The position numbers and the translations under genes are program-made. Under the pieces are notes generated by a model that ran no database searches, had not been told where the DNA came from, and saw nothing but the letters and a program-made list of their open reading frames with translations. From an uncultured Chloroherpeton sp. (GTDB taxonomy: Bacteria > Bacteroidota > Ignavibacteria > Kapaibacteriales > UBA2268): DNA of 64,000 bases. Below are positions 39,095 through 48,283 of the stretch, piece after piece; within the stretch, counting starts at the first letter, position 1; each line of letters opens with the position of its first letter. The stretch is taken from contig CAZCNL010000003.1 of the NCBI GenBank assembly GCA_964500435.1, forward strand, positions 40,664 through 104,663, written 5' to 3'.

Positions 39095-40174
39095 ATGGCT
39101 GAAAATCCAGATGGAATGGAGAAAACCGAGCAAGCGACGCCGAAAAGATTAAGCGAAGCAAGAGAACGTGGTCAAGTTGCGAAAAGTGTTGATGTTACTA
39201 CATCAGCTATGTTGCTTTTAGGTGGAATGTCCGTTTTCATTTTTGGTACTACAATTTCAACTAATTTGCTTGGTTTTACTAAATCTTTATTAATTAATAT
39301 TACCAAAATTGAAATTACAGATTCTTCAATTCAAGATTTTTCTTTCAAATTATTTGGATTCGTTGCGGGAATAATTGCTCCAGTTCTTTTAACAATTTTT
39401 GGAATTGCTATTGCAGGAGAAGTTGCTCAAGTTGGGTTTAAATTCGCTAATAAAAAATTTACGGAAGGTCTTAGATTTAAAGAAGTTTTTAATCCATTTA
39501 AAGGCATAAAAAAAGTAATATTTTCGAAAAATTCAATTTTCGAACTTGCCAAAGGTATTGCAAAATTAATTGTTCTCGGGTTAATAGCGTATTCTGTTTT
39601 GGAAAATAAAAGTGAAAGAATTGTAATTTTAATGAATCAGCCATTTATTGAAGTTGCAAATTTTATATTTTCAACTTCTTTCGAATTAATTTGGAAAATT
39701 GGACTTGCATATATCGTTATAGCATTGACTGATTATTTTTATCAAAGATGGCGCTTTAACGAAGATATGAAAATGACCAAGCAAGAAACTAAAGATGAAT
39801 TCAAACAAATGGAAGGTGACCCATTAATAAAATCAAGAATTCGCTCAATTATGCGAAGTCGACTGAGACAATTGATGATAAAGAATATACCAAGCGCCGA
39901 TGTGATTTTAACTAATCCTACTCATTTTGCAGTTGCAATCAAATACACTAAGGGCGAAATGTCAGCACCAAAAGTAATTGCCAAAGGTGTAGATTTTTTG
40001 GCAATGAAAATTCGAGATATAGCAATGGATAACAACGTTCCAATTGTTGAAAACCCACCGCTTGCAAGGCAGCTTTATTACAATGTTGACGTTGATGAAG
40101 AAATACCAGAAGAATTATATAAAGCTGTCGCCCAAGTTCTTGCATATGTTTATTCTCTTAAACAGCCCGCATAA
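39095..40174 (+). CDS. flhB: Flagellar biosynthetic protein FlhB
   Basis: Four TM helices, then a cytoplasmic domain with the NPTH autocleavage motif (LTNPTHFAVAIKY). Confidence 0.9.
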   Translation: MAENPDGMEKTEQATPKRLSEARERGQVAKSVDVTTSAMLLLGGMSVFIFGTTISTNLLGFTKSLLINITKIEITDSSIQDFSFKLFGFVAGIIAPVLLTIFGIAIAGEVAQVGFKFANKKFTEGLRFKEVFNPFKGIKKVIFSKNSIFELAKGIAKLIVLGLIAYSVLENKSERIVILMNQPFIEVANFIFSTSFELIWKIGLAYIVIALTDYFYQRWRFNEDMKMTKQETKDEFKQMEGDPLIKSRIRSIMRSRLRQLMIKNIPSADVILTNPTHFAVAIKYTKGEMSAPKVIAKGVDFLAMKIRDIAMDNNVPIVENPPLARQLYYNVDVDEEIPEELYKAVAQVLAYVYSLKQPA

Positions 40175-40233
40175 TTTGTTTTAAATAGATGCAAATATCT
40201 TTTTAATTGCAATATTTTTATTAGTTTTGTTGA

Positions 40234-41445
40234 ATGAATTTAAGCAAATTTATTTCTTCTCGATTTTGGGATACTGAAAATAGACGATTTGTTAACTTTG
40301 CTCGATATTTTGCGATTGCAAGTATTGTAATTGGTTCCTTAGCTTTGGTTTTATCTTTATCAGTCCTTGAAGGATATGATAAAGAACTAAGAAAAAATGC
40401 AGTTAAATTCACAGCCCATATTAACTTGCAAACTTTTAACCGCCAAATTATTCAAGATTACCAAAAATATATTCCGAAAATGTTACATTTTTTTAAAGAA
40501 ATCAAAAGTGTCGAACCTGTTATTAAAAGTGAAGCATTAATAAAGAACCAAAATAACGTTGAAGGAATATTTTTAAGAGGTGTGCCTCCAACTTATAATT
40601 TTTCTTCCTTCACAAATGACTTGACTTCAGGAAAATTTGATATTAAGGAAAAAAACTCGATAGTTTTAGGGAAAAGATTAGCAGAAAAATTGCATTTAAA
40701 AATCGGGGACGAAGTAATTTTATTCGGCATAAAATCCATTGAATCCTTGTCAAACGTAAATTATACAATTGCAAAGTACAAAGTAGTTGGAATTTTTCAA
40801 TCAAATATGGCTCAATATGATGATATTGTGGCATATATTAATTTTCAAAATGCACAAAATTTAATGGGTTTGCAAAATAATGAAATAACAAATTTTGAAA
40901 TTATGTTGGATGATGTAACAAAAAGTCCAACCACTGCTGAAAAATTAGAAAAGTATTTGGGATATCCATTTTATGCATTGACAGTATATGATTTGCACCG
41001 TTCAGTTTTTTCTTGGATTGAATTACAAAAAGAACCAATTCCGATTGTTTTAGGATTAATTACAATTATTGCAGCCTTTAATATTGTTACAACTCTTTTT
41101 ATTATAGTAGTAGAAAAAATTAAATCTATAGCCACATTAAGGGCAATAGGGCTTCCAAGAAAGATTGTCGTATCAATTTTTGTTAATTTAGGGCTAAGTT
41201 TAGGGTTAATTGGTTCGTTTGTTGGTTCGACAATTTGTTTAATTTTTAGTTATTTGCAACAAAATTATCATTTAATTAAATTGAATGGCGACATATATTT
41301 TCTCGATGTTTTACCAGTTGAAATTGTTCCTATACATTACATTATTGTAATTATATTAACCACACTCTTATCTTTTTTGGCTACTTTAATTCCAGCAATT
41401 GTAGCATCGAAAATAAATCCAATTCAAGCATTTAGATTTAAATAG
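40234..41445 (+). CDS. ABC-transporter permease of the FtsX/LolC/LolE (MacB-like) family
   Basis: N-terminal TM helix, a MacB-like periplasmic domain, and a C-terminal FtsX 3-TM bundle. No ATPase gene is adjacent. Confidence 0.7.
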   Translation: MNLSKFISSRFWDTENRRFVNFARYFAIASIVIGSLALVLSLSVLEGYDKELRKNAVKFTAHINLQTFNRQIIQDYQKYIPKMLHFFKEIKSVEPVIKSEALIKNQNNVEGIFLRGVPPTYNFSSFTNDLTSGKFDIKEKNSIVLGKRLAEKLHLKIGDEVILFGIKSIESLSNVNYTIAKYKVVGIFQSNMAQYDDIVAYINFQNAQNLMGLQNNEITNFEIMLDDVTKSPTTAEKLEKYLGYPFYALTVYDLHRSVFSWIELQKEPIPIVLGLITIIAAFNIVTTLFIIVVEKIKSIATLRAIGLPRKIVVSIFVNLGLSLGLIGSFVGSTICLIFSYLQQNYHLIKLNGDIYFLDVLPVEIVPIHYIIVIILTTLLSFLATLIPAIVASKINPIQAFRFK

Positions 41446-41460
41446 AAATGGATTATCAAT

Positions 41461-43371
41461 ATGCAGAAAATTGTTATTAATATAATTCTGATATTGATTT
41501 TAAACATATTAAGTATTTCGAATCTCATTGCCGTTGATTTCAATTTTAGACCAAGCGACTCAGTAGCACTTGATATATATAATATGAATAACATTGATAA
41601 TTTCACAAGTACTGAATTGATTAAATATGGCAATATTTTTGTTTTTAATAATCTTGGACATTTTAAATTGTCAACAAATTATGGAAATTTTGAACTGACG
41701 CAAAATTATCAAGGGAATTATTTACAAATTCAAGATAATCCATATAGAGATGATGAATTTTGGTTATTTAATTATAATAATTTTTTTGCAAATGAACATT
41801 TTGGCATTTTATTTAGACAAAATTTACAATTTACATCTGATTCGAGGAATATTGGAATTAATAAGATGATGAGGTTGAATGGGCAACTTGGACTAAATTA
41901 TTTGGATGATAATTTCCAAGTTGAAGCACTTTATGGTAAGGAAAATAATAATTTGTTGGAATTAAAATCAACAGGAAATTTATATTCATTCAATTTTAAT
42001 TTGAATAAAATTGATTTCGAGTCCTTTTTCTTAAAAGCAAGATTATTAAGTAATTTCTTAAATTTAAATTATGACCGCTCAAATCGTGATATATACGGAT
42101 TAGTGGAATTGCAAAGTAATCAAATCGATTCAACAAATTATTATGCGAGATTAAAATATAAAAATATGCAAAACAACTTATTATCTTATTCCACTAACAC
42201 AAATTTATTGCCATTGGAACAAAGGCAGGAAAGCGATTATGAGTTTTTATTTGGAATTAATTACGCTTTGTTGAAAAATTTTATTTTAAATTTCAACATT
42301 AGTTTAAATGATATGGAAGTAGAAAGATTTTACAAATGGTATATCTCTGATGTTCCTTATTCACCATATAATAGAAATGTAAATCAATTTGATTTAATGT
42401 TCAATTCAGGGTTTGAGTTCACATATAAAAATTTTATGCAATCATTCCGAGTTGGTGTTTCAAATCACACAGAAAAGAACTTGCTTTCGTTAAAATATTT
42501 GGTAGGCGAAAGTAATTATACTCAATATAATCAAATTGAGACGCAAAGAGATAATAGTTCATCCCGAATAAGTATTATTTCTAATACTGGTTTGAAAGTG
42601 AATGAAAATACAATAATTTCAGCAATCTATAATGTTCAACTTTTTACTTATGATACTCCGAGTCCAATTAATTATGATGACCGTGATGAATTTAATAGTA
42701 TAATCAATTTACAAGCATACCATAGATTTTCGAATTTTCTCAATTTAACTTTGGAATTTGAAAATAGGAGAAATCACTTAGTGTATATTGAAAGTCAGCG
42801 GAGTTCATTAAACAACTGGAATATTGTATACAGGTATTCAACACAAGTCAATTTTTCACAACCAAGCTTTTCGATGCATCCAAAAGCAGAAGTGCTTGCA
42901 AATTATACAGTTTATGATTACGAGCAAACATATTCAAGTTTACGCAGTATAAGCTTTAGACAAATGTCATATTTCGATTCTATCGTTGTGAAATTATCTG
43001 ATATTATTATTAGTGAAAGTAATTTGAGTGTTAAATATAGTGAAAGAGGAATATTATTTTGGAATGATTTTAGTGAATCACCTCAAAATGGAATCTATGA
43101 TGTTTTTTTCCTGACAATGCTCAAAAGAGAATATGCAACGGGAAGTTATTTAGGAGCTGGTATTAAATTTTACAACTTCTCGCAATCTCGCATTAGCAAT
43201 ATAAGTCAATTGGAATACGAATTGAAATCAATTTCACCTGAAATTTCAATCAATTACGTCTTAGGTAATTGGAGTTTAAAAATAAATGGTTGGTATGAAT
43301 TTCAAACTATCAACAAAACAATTAAAAAACAAGTACCAAATTTGTCAATTTTTGTAAATATGATTTTTTAA
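41461..43371 (+). CDS. Hypothetical Asn-rich secreted protein, probable outer-membrane beta-barrel
   Basis: N-terminal signal-like segment, 636 aa, Asn/Tyr/Ser-rich beta pattern, terminal Phe (NMIF). Confidence 0.45.
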   Translation: MQKIVINIILILILNILSISNLIAVDFNFRPSDSVALDIYNMNNIDNFTSTELIKYGNIFVFNNLGHFKLSTNYGNFELTQNYQGNYLQIQDNPYRDDEFWLFNYNNFFANEHFGILFRQNLQFTSDSRNIGINKMMRLNGQLGLNYLDDNFQVEALYGKENNNLLELKSTGNLYSFNFNLNKIDFESFFLKARLLSNFLNLNYDRSNRDIYGLVELQSNQIDSTNYYARLKYKNMQNNLLSYSTNTNLLPLEQRQESDYEFLFGINYALLKNFILNFNISLNDMEVERFYKWYISDVPYSPYNRNVNQFDLMFNSGFEFTYKNFMQSFRVGVSNHTEKNLLSLKYLVGESNYTQYNQIETQRDNSSSRISIISNTGLKVNENTIISAIYNVQLFTYDTPSPINYDDRDEFNSIINLQAYHRFSNFLNLTLEFENRRNHLVYIESQRSSLNNWNIVYRYSTQVNFSQPSFSMHPKAEVLANYTVYDYEQTYSSLRSISFRQMSYFDSIVVKLSDIIISESNLSVKYSERGILFWNDFSESPQNGIYDVFFLTMLKREYATGSYLGAGIKFYNFSQSRISNISQLEYELKSISPEISINYVLGNWSLKINGWYEFQTINKTIKKQVPNLSIFVNMIF

Positions 43372-43374
43372 AAT

Positions 43375-43797
43375 ATGGAAAATTTTGAATTTCACGAAAA
43401 TTTAGTTTTAGAAAGCAATCACAAATCTTTGGATATAGTCGAAAATTTAATAGAAAAGGTAAAAGACCGATATTCAATTTCAAAGGATTGTTATTTTAAC
43501 ATTTTAGTTGCAATTACTGAAGCAGTCAATAATGCAATATCTCATGGCAATCATTTCGATGAAAATAAATTTGTAAAATTTGAAATTTTTTCAAATTATA
43601 AAGAACTTGAAGTAATGATAACAGATGAAGGAACGGGATTTGACCCAAATGTATTAGAAGATTGCACAAAAGAGGAAAACTTAATGAAAGATAGTGGTCG
43701 TGGAATTTTTATAATACGAGCTTTGACAAAGGAATTCGAAATTAAATCTACAGAAAAAGGTACTTTTTACAGATTATTATTTAACTTATCTCATTAA
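43375..43797 (+). CDS. Anti-sigma-factor-like serine kinase (RsbW/SpoIIAB-type GHKL ATPase)
   Basis: 140 aa with N-box ITEAVNNAISHGN, G-boxes DEGTGFD and GRGIFIIRAL, and the typical single-domain size. Confidence 0.7.
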   Translation: MENFEFHENLVLESNHKSLDIVENLIEKVKDRYSISKDCYFNILVAITEAVNNAISHGNHFDENKFVKFEIFSNYKELEVMITDEGTGFDPNVLEDCTKEENLMKDSGRGIFIIRALTKEFEIKSTEKGTFYRLLFNLSH

Positions 43798-43798
43798 T

Positions 43799-44197
43799 AT
43801 GAATTTTGAATTTTACGATTTTCCAAAAATCACAATAAATGGCAAAATTTATTGGGAAGTTCTTTCCAAAAAAGATTTAAAAGAAAAAAAAGGTGTTAAG
43901 GTTCAATTAGGTGACGATTACGATTTGCAAGTCGCTATTTTCTTAGTGGATGAGCAATTGTATTGCGTTTCTAATGTTTGCCCTCATAAACATCAAGATA
44001 AAATTTACGAAGGATTTATTAAAGATACCCAAATAATGTGTCCTTTACATGGTTGGACATATAATTTAAAAACAGGTGAGAATGTAAATAATAGACAAGG
44101 AGTTAAAAGACTTAATACTTATCAAGTAATTGAATTAGACGGGAAAATTTATATCGAAGAACCAGAAATAAGTTTGCCGAAATGGCGAACAACTTAA
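43799..44197 (+). CDS. Small Rieske [2Fe-2S] domain protein (NirD-like)
   Basis: CPHKH...(17 aa)...CPLHGW Rieske ligand boxes in 132 aa. Starts 2 nt after the kinase gene. Confidence 0.75.
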   Translation: MNFEFYDFPKITINGKIYWEVLSKKDLKEKKGVKVQLGDDYDLQVAIFLVDEQLYCVSNVCPHKHQDKIYEGFIKDTQIMCPLHGWTYNLKTGENVNNRQGVKRLNTYQVIELDGKIYIEEPEISLPKWRTT

Positions 44198-44213
44198 TTC
44201 TTATAATTGAAGT

Positions 44214-46103
44214 ATGGAAATTCCAGTAAATATTAAAAATATTCTTTTGGAAGAAAAGCTCGATTTTATCGAAGGATTAAGCGATATTTTACTTGAAAAA
44301 ATTACTAATTTAACCACAAAACCTGGAGTTTATTTACATAAGAATAAAGAAGGTAAAGTAATTTATGTTGGCAAAGCAAAAAATTTAAAAAATCGAATTA
44401 AATCTTATTTCCAGCAAGGGCGTATCGTTGATGCAAAAACTAAAGCAATGGTCAGCCATATTGCGGATTTCGATTATATAGTTGTCGATACTGAAGAAGA
44501 AGCTTTCATTTTGGAAGACAACTTAATTAAAAAGTATAAACCAAAATATAATATACTTTTGAAAGATGATAAAACTTATCCATATATTAAAGTTACAAAT
44601 GAAGAATTCCCAAAAGTATTTTCGACTCGTAAATTAATTAAAGATGGTTCCAAATATTTTGGACCTTTTGCTGATGTTCGTTCGATGAATCATATGATAA
44701 GATTAATCCGAAGTTTATTTTATGTTAGGTCTTGTAAGTTGAAATTAACCGAGGAAACTATAAAACAAGGGAAGTTTAAAGTTTGTTTGGATTATCATAT
44801 ACATAAATGCGAAGCTCCTTGTGTCGGTTTTGTTTCGAAAGAGCATTACAATGATAATATTAAAAAAGGTATTCAAATTTTGCAAGGTAGAACGAAGGAA
44901 GTCGAAAAACTCCTTGAAGAAAAAATGCTAAATTTAGCTGAGGAATTGAAATTTGAAGAGGCAAATGATATAAAAAATAAAATTTTAAAATTAAAAGACT
45001 TTTCCTCTCATCAAAAAATTGTTTCAACCGATTTAAAAGACCGAGATATTTTCGGCATTGCAAGACAAAAGGAATATGTTTGCTCGGTAGTTTTTACTGT
45101 AAGAGAAGGCAAGTTGATAGGACGCAAGCATTTTATTGTTAAAGATAATTTACAATCAGAAGAAGCAGAAATTACCAAAACAACAATTGAAAAATGGTAT
45201 TTGGAAAGTGATTTTTTGCCACAAGAGATTTATTTACCTACAGAGCCGGATGATTTGGAACTTATAACCGATTGGTTAAAGCATAAATATAAAAAATCAG
45301 TTATTATATCTATTCCACAGTCTGGTGAAAAGCGAAAGCTCGTAGAAATGGCAAATTCCAATGCTGAATTGATTTTAGAAGATTACATTGCTGCAAGCGA
45401 AAGCAGAGAAAAAATTATTTCCAAATCTGTGCTTGCTTTGCAAAGAGATTTAAAATTATCAAGACCGCCATTAAGAATTGAATGTTTTGATAATTCGCAC
45501 ATTCAAGGAACGGATTTAGTATCTTCAATGGTTGTGTTCGAAAATGGAAAATCCAAGAAAGCAGATTATCGAAAATTTAAAAATGAAACTGTGTTGAAAA
45601 ATGATGACTTTGCAACAATGAAAGAAGTTATTAATAGACGATACAGCAGATTGATTAATGAAAAAGCGCATTTGCCGGATTTAATTGTAATAGATGGGGG
45701 AAAGGGTCAACTTTCTGCTGCTTGGGAAGTTTTAAATGAATTACAAATTGCAAACAAAGTATACGTAATTGGGTTAGCAAAAAGATTAGAAGAAATATTT
45801 TTTCCTGAAAATCCTGAATCTTTAATATTACCGAGAAGTTCGAGCAGTTTGAGATTATTGCAACAAATTCGAGATGAAGCTCATAGGTTTGCAATAACGT
45901 TCCATCGTAAGCTTCGTGACAAGCGTACATTGCAAACAGAATTAAGTCAAATTGAAGGAATTGGCAAAATTAAAGCCGAAAAGCTATTAAAGCAATTCGG
46001 CTCTGTTAAACAAATCCAGCAGGCATCTTTTGAAGATTTAGTTAAAGTTGTTAATCAAAAAGATGCTAATAAAATAATTGAATTCTTTAAGAACAAAAGT
46101 TAA
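44214..46103 (+). CDS. uvrC: Excinuclease ABC subunit C
   Basis: N-terminal GIY-YIG (GVYLHKNKEGKVIYVGKAKNLKNRIKSYF), UvrBC-interaction region, RNase H-like endonuclease domain, and C-terminal (HhH)2. Confidence 0.9.
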   Translation: MEIPVNIKNILLEEKLDFIEGLSDILLEKITNLTTKPGVYLHKNKEGKVIYVGKAKNLKNRIKSYFQQGRIVDAKTKAMVSHIADFDYIVVDTEEEAFILEDNLIKKYKPKYNILLKDDKTYPYIKVTNEEFPKVFSTRKLIKDGSKYFGPFADVRSMNHMIRLIRSLFYVRSCKLKLTEETIKQGKFKVCLDYHIHKCEAPCVGFVSKEHYNDNIKKGIQILQGRTKEVEKLLEEKMLNLAEELKFEEANDIKNKILKLKDFSSHQKIVSTDLKDRDIFGIARQKEYVCSVVFTVREGKLIGRKHFIVKDNLQSEEAEITKTTIEKWYLESDFLPQEIYLPTEPDDLELITDWLKHKYKKSVIISIPQSGEKRKLVEMANSNAELILEDYIAASESREKIISKSVLALQRDLKLSRPPLRIECFDNSHIQGTDLVSSMVVFENGKSKKADYRKFKNETVLKNDDFATMKEVINRRYSRLINEKAHLPDLIVIDGGKGQLSAAWEVLNELQIANKVYVIGLAKRLEEIFFPENPESLILPRSSSSLRLLQQIRDEAHRFAITFHRKLRDKRTLQTELSQIEGIGKIKAEKLLKQFGSVKQIQQASFEDLVKVVNQKDANKIIEFFKNKS

Positions 46104-46106
46104 ATT

Positions 46107-48191
46107 TTAATTTAATCCACGTTTGTTTAATAACGGTTCAATGCTTGGTTCTTTACCACGGAATTTAATGTAAAGTTGCATGGGGTCTTCGGTATTTCCA
46201 CGTTCGAGAATATTTTTTCTGAAAGCATCTGCAGTTTTTTTGTCGAAAAGACCATTTTCTTTGAATGCTTGGAAAGCGTCGCTATCGAGAACGCCAGCCC
46301 AAATGTAGCTATAATAACCTGAATCGTAACCTCCACCAAAGCTATGACGGAAATAAGTTGATTTATATCTGGAAATAATTTCTGGTATTAAACCTAACGC
46401 ATTCATTTTTTCTGTTTCAAATTTATTTACATCTTCTGTTAAAGGGCTTTCAATTGTGTGGTAATACATATCTAAATATGATGCAGCAAGGTATTCAACA
46501 GTAGCAAAACCTTGGTCGAACTTCGAACTGTTAACAATTTTATTTACTAATTCTTGTGGAATGACTTCGCCTGTTTTATAATGTTTTGCATAAAGTGCTA
46601 AAACTTCAGGTTCGAATGCCCAATTTTCCATAATCTGTGAAGGTAATTCAACAAAATCACGAGCAACATTGGTCCCACTTACACCGAGATAATTACAATT
46701 TGAGAAAAGACCATGCAAGCCATGCCCAAATTCGTGGAAAAATGTTTCCACTTCATCAATGTTCAAAAGTGAAGGTTGATTTTTTGTTGGTTTAGCAAAG
46801 TTAAATACAAGAGAAACAATGGGCGATATTTTTTTTCCGTTTTTATAATATTGTTCTTGGTAATTTGTCATCCAAGCGCCACCTCTTTTGCTATCCCTTG
46901 GGAAAAAATCCATATATAAGATTCCAAGATGAGAACCATCAGAGTTTAATACTTCATAGCCAACTACATCTTTATGGTAAACAGGTAAATTTTTCAATTC
47001 CTTAAAGGTAATTCCATATAATTTATTTGCAACGGCAAATATGCCGGCCCGCACATTTTCTAATTTAAAATATGGACGGAGTTGCTCTTCATTTAAATCA
47101 TATTTTTTCAATCGAACTTTTTCTGCATAATATCGCCAATCCCAAGGTTCAAGTTTGAATTTTCCTCCTTCTTCGTTTATCATTTCTTGATATTCATCTG
47201 CTTCTTTTTTTGCCATTTTAATTGCAGGTGTCCAAAGTTTATCGAGCAATTCAAAAACTTTTTCGGGTGTTTTTGCCATATTTTCAGCAAGGACGTATGC
47301 AGAATGCGATTTATAACCTAAAAGTTTTGCTCTTTCTAATCTTAAATTAGCAATTTCTTCTATAACTTTTTTATTATCGAATTCATTATTATTATTCCCT
47401 CGCATTGAGTAGGCACGCCAAATCTTCTCTCGTAAATCCCGTTTTGCAGAATATTGCAAGAAAGGCATAACTGATGGATTTTGTAATGTGAAAATCCATT
47501 TATTTGGCATATTTGAAGCTTTAGCATCCTCGGCAGCAGCATCTATTAATGATTGAGGCAATCCTGCTAAATCTTCTTTATTATCTATAACTAATTTAAA
47601 ATCATTTGTTTCTTTTAACACATTTTGATTGAATTTCAAAGTGAGTAAGGAAAGTTTAGAGTTAATTTCCCGCAATTTTGTTTGAGATGCATCATCTAAA
47701 TTTGCTCCATTGCGAGCAAAATCGTTATAATCTTTTTCAAGTAATCTCATTTGTTCTGCGGTCAACTTCAATGAATTTCGCTTTTCGTAAACAGCTTTGA
47801 TGCGTTCGAAAAGTTTTTTGTTCAGCAAAATGTTATCTGAATGTTCTGAAAGGATTGGTGAAATCTCATTAGCAACCTTTTGCATTTCATCATTAGTGAT
47901 AACACCGTCTAAATTAAAGAAAATCGTAGTAATTCGGTTTAAAAGCAAACCACTTTTGTCGAGAGCATCGATAGTATTTTCAAAATCTGGAACTGCTTTA
48001 TTGTTAACGATTTCGTCAATTTCTTTTTCGTGAATCTTTATTGCTTCTTTTATGGCAGGAAGAAAATCCGATGTTTTGATTTTATCAAAAGGAGGAACTT
48101 GATATAGTGTTTTAAATTCTTCAAGTAAAGGATTAGACAACAAAATACTGCTCATAGCAAAACTCATTATAAAAAATTGTAAGATTTTCAT
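46107..48191 (-). CDS. dcp: M3-family zinc metallopeptidase (peptidyl-dipeptidase Dcp / oligopeptidase A-like), secreted
   Basis: HEFGHGLH zinc-binding motif with a downstream E in the characteristic M3 arrangement. N-terminal signal peptide. 694 aa. Confidence 0.8.
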   Translation of the reverse strand: MKILQFFIMSFAMSSILLSNPLLEEFKTLYQVPPFDKIKTSDFLPAIKEAIKIHEKEIDEIVNNKAVPDFENTIDALDKSGLLLNRITTIFFNLDGVITNDEMQKVANEISPILSEHSDNILLNKKLFERIKAVYEKRNSLKLTAEQMRLLEKDYNDFARNGANLDDASQTKLREINSKLSLLTLKFNQNVLKETNDFKLVIDNKEDLAGLPQSLIDAAAEDAKASNMPNKWIFTLQNPSVMPFLQYSAKRDLREKIWRAYSMRGNNNNEFDNKKVIEEIANLRLERAKLLGYKSHSAYVLAENMAKTPEKVFELLDKLWTPAIKMAKKEADEYQEMINEEGGKFKLEPWDWRYYAEKVRLKKYDLNEEQLRPYFKLENVRAGIFAVANKLYGITFKELKNLPVYHKDVVGYEVLNSDGSHLGILYMDFFPRDSKRGGAWMTNYQEQYYKNGKKISPIVSLVFNFAKPTKNQPSLLNIDEVETFFHEFGHGLHGLFSNCNYLGVSGTNVARDFVELPSQIMENWAFEPEVLALYAKHYKTGEVIPQELVNKIVNSSKFDQGFATVEYLAASYLDMYYHTIESPLTEDVNKFETEKMNALGLIPEIISRYKSTYFRHSFGGGYDSGYYSYIWAGVLDSDAFQAFKENGLFDKKTADAFRKNILERGNTEDPMQLYIKFRGKEPSIEPLLNKRGLN

Positions 48192-48283
48192 AAAAATAAA
48201 ATGTTTAATTAATAAAATGCAAATTAAGAATAAATAGAAAAATAAATATTATCAGTAGGTATTAAATTGAATTTTTGTTCATC

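Noticed and set aside
40234-41445. The FtsX/LolE-type permease as part of a complete lipoprotein-release or MacAB-like ABC system in this window.
   Set aside because: No ABC ATPase or membrane-fusion protein gene is adjacent, so only the permease is annotated.
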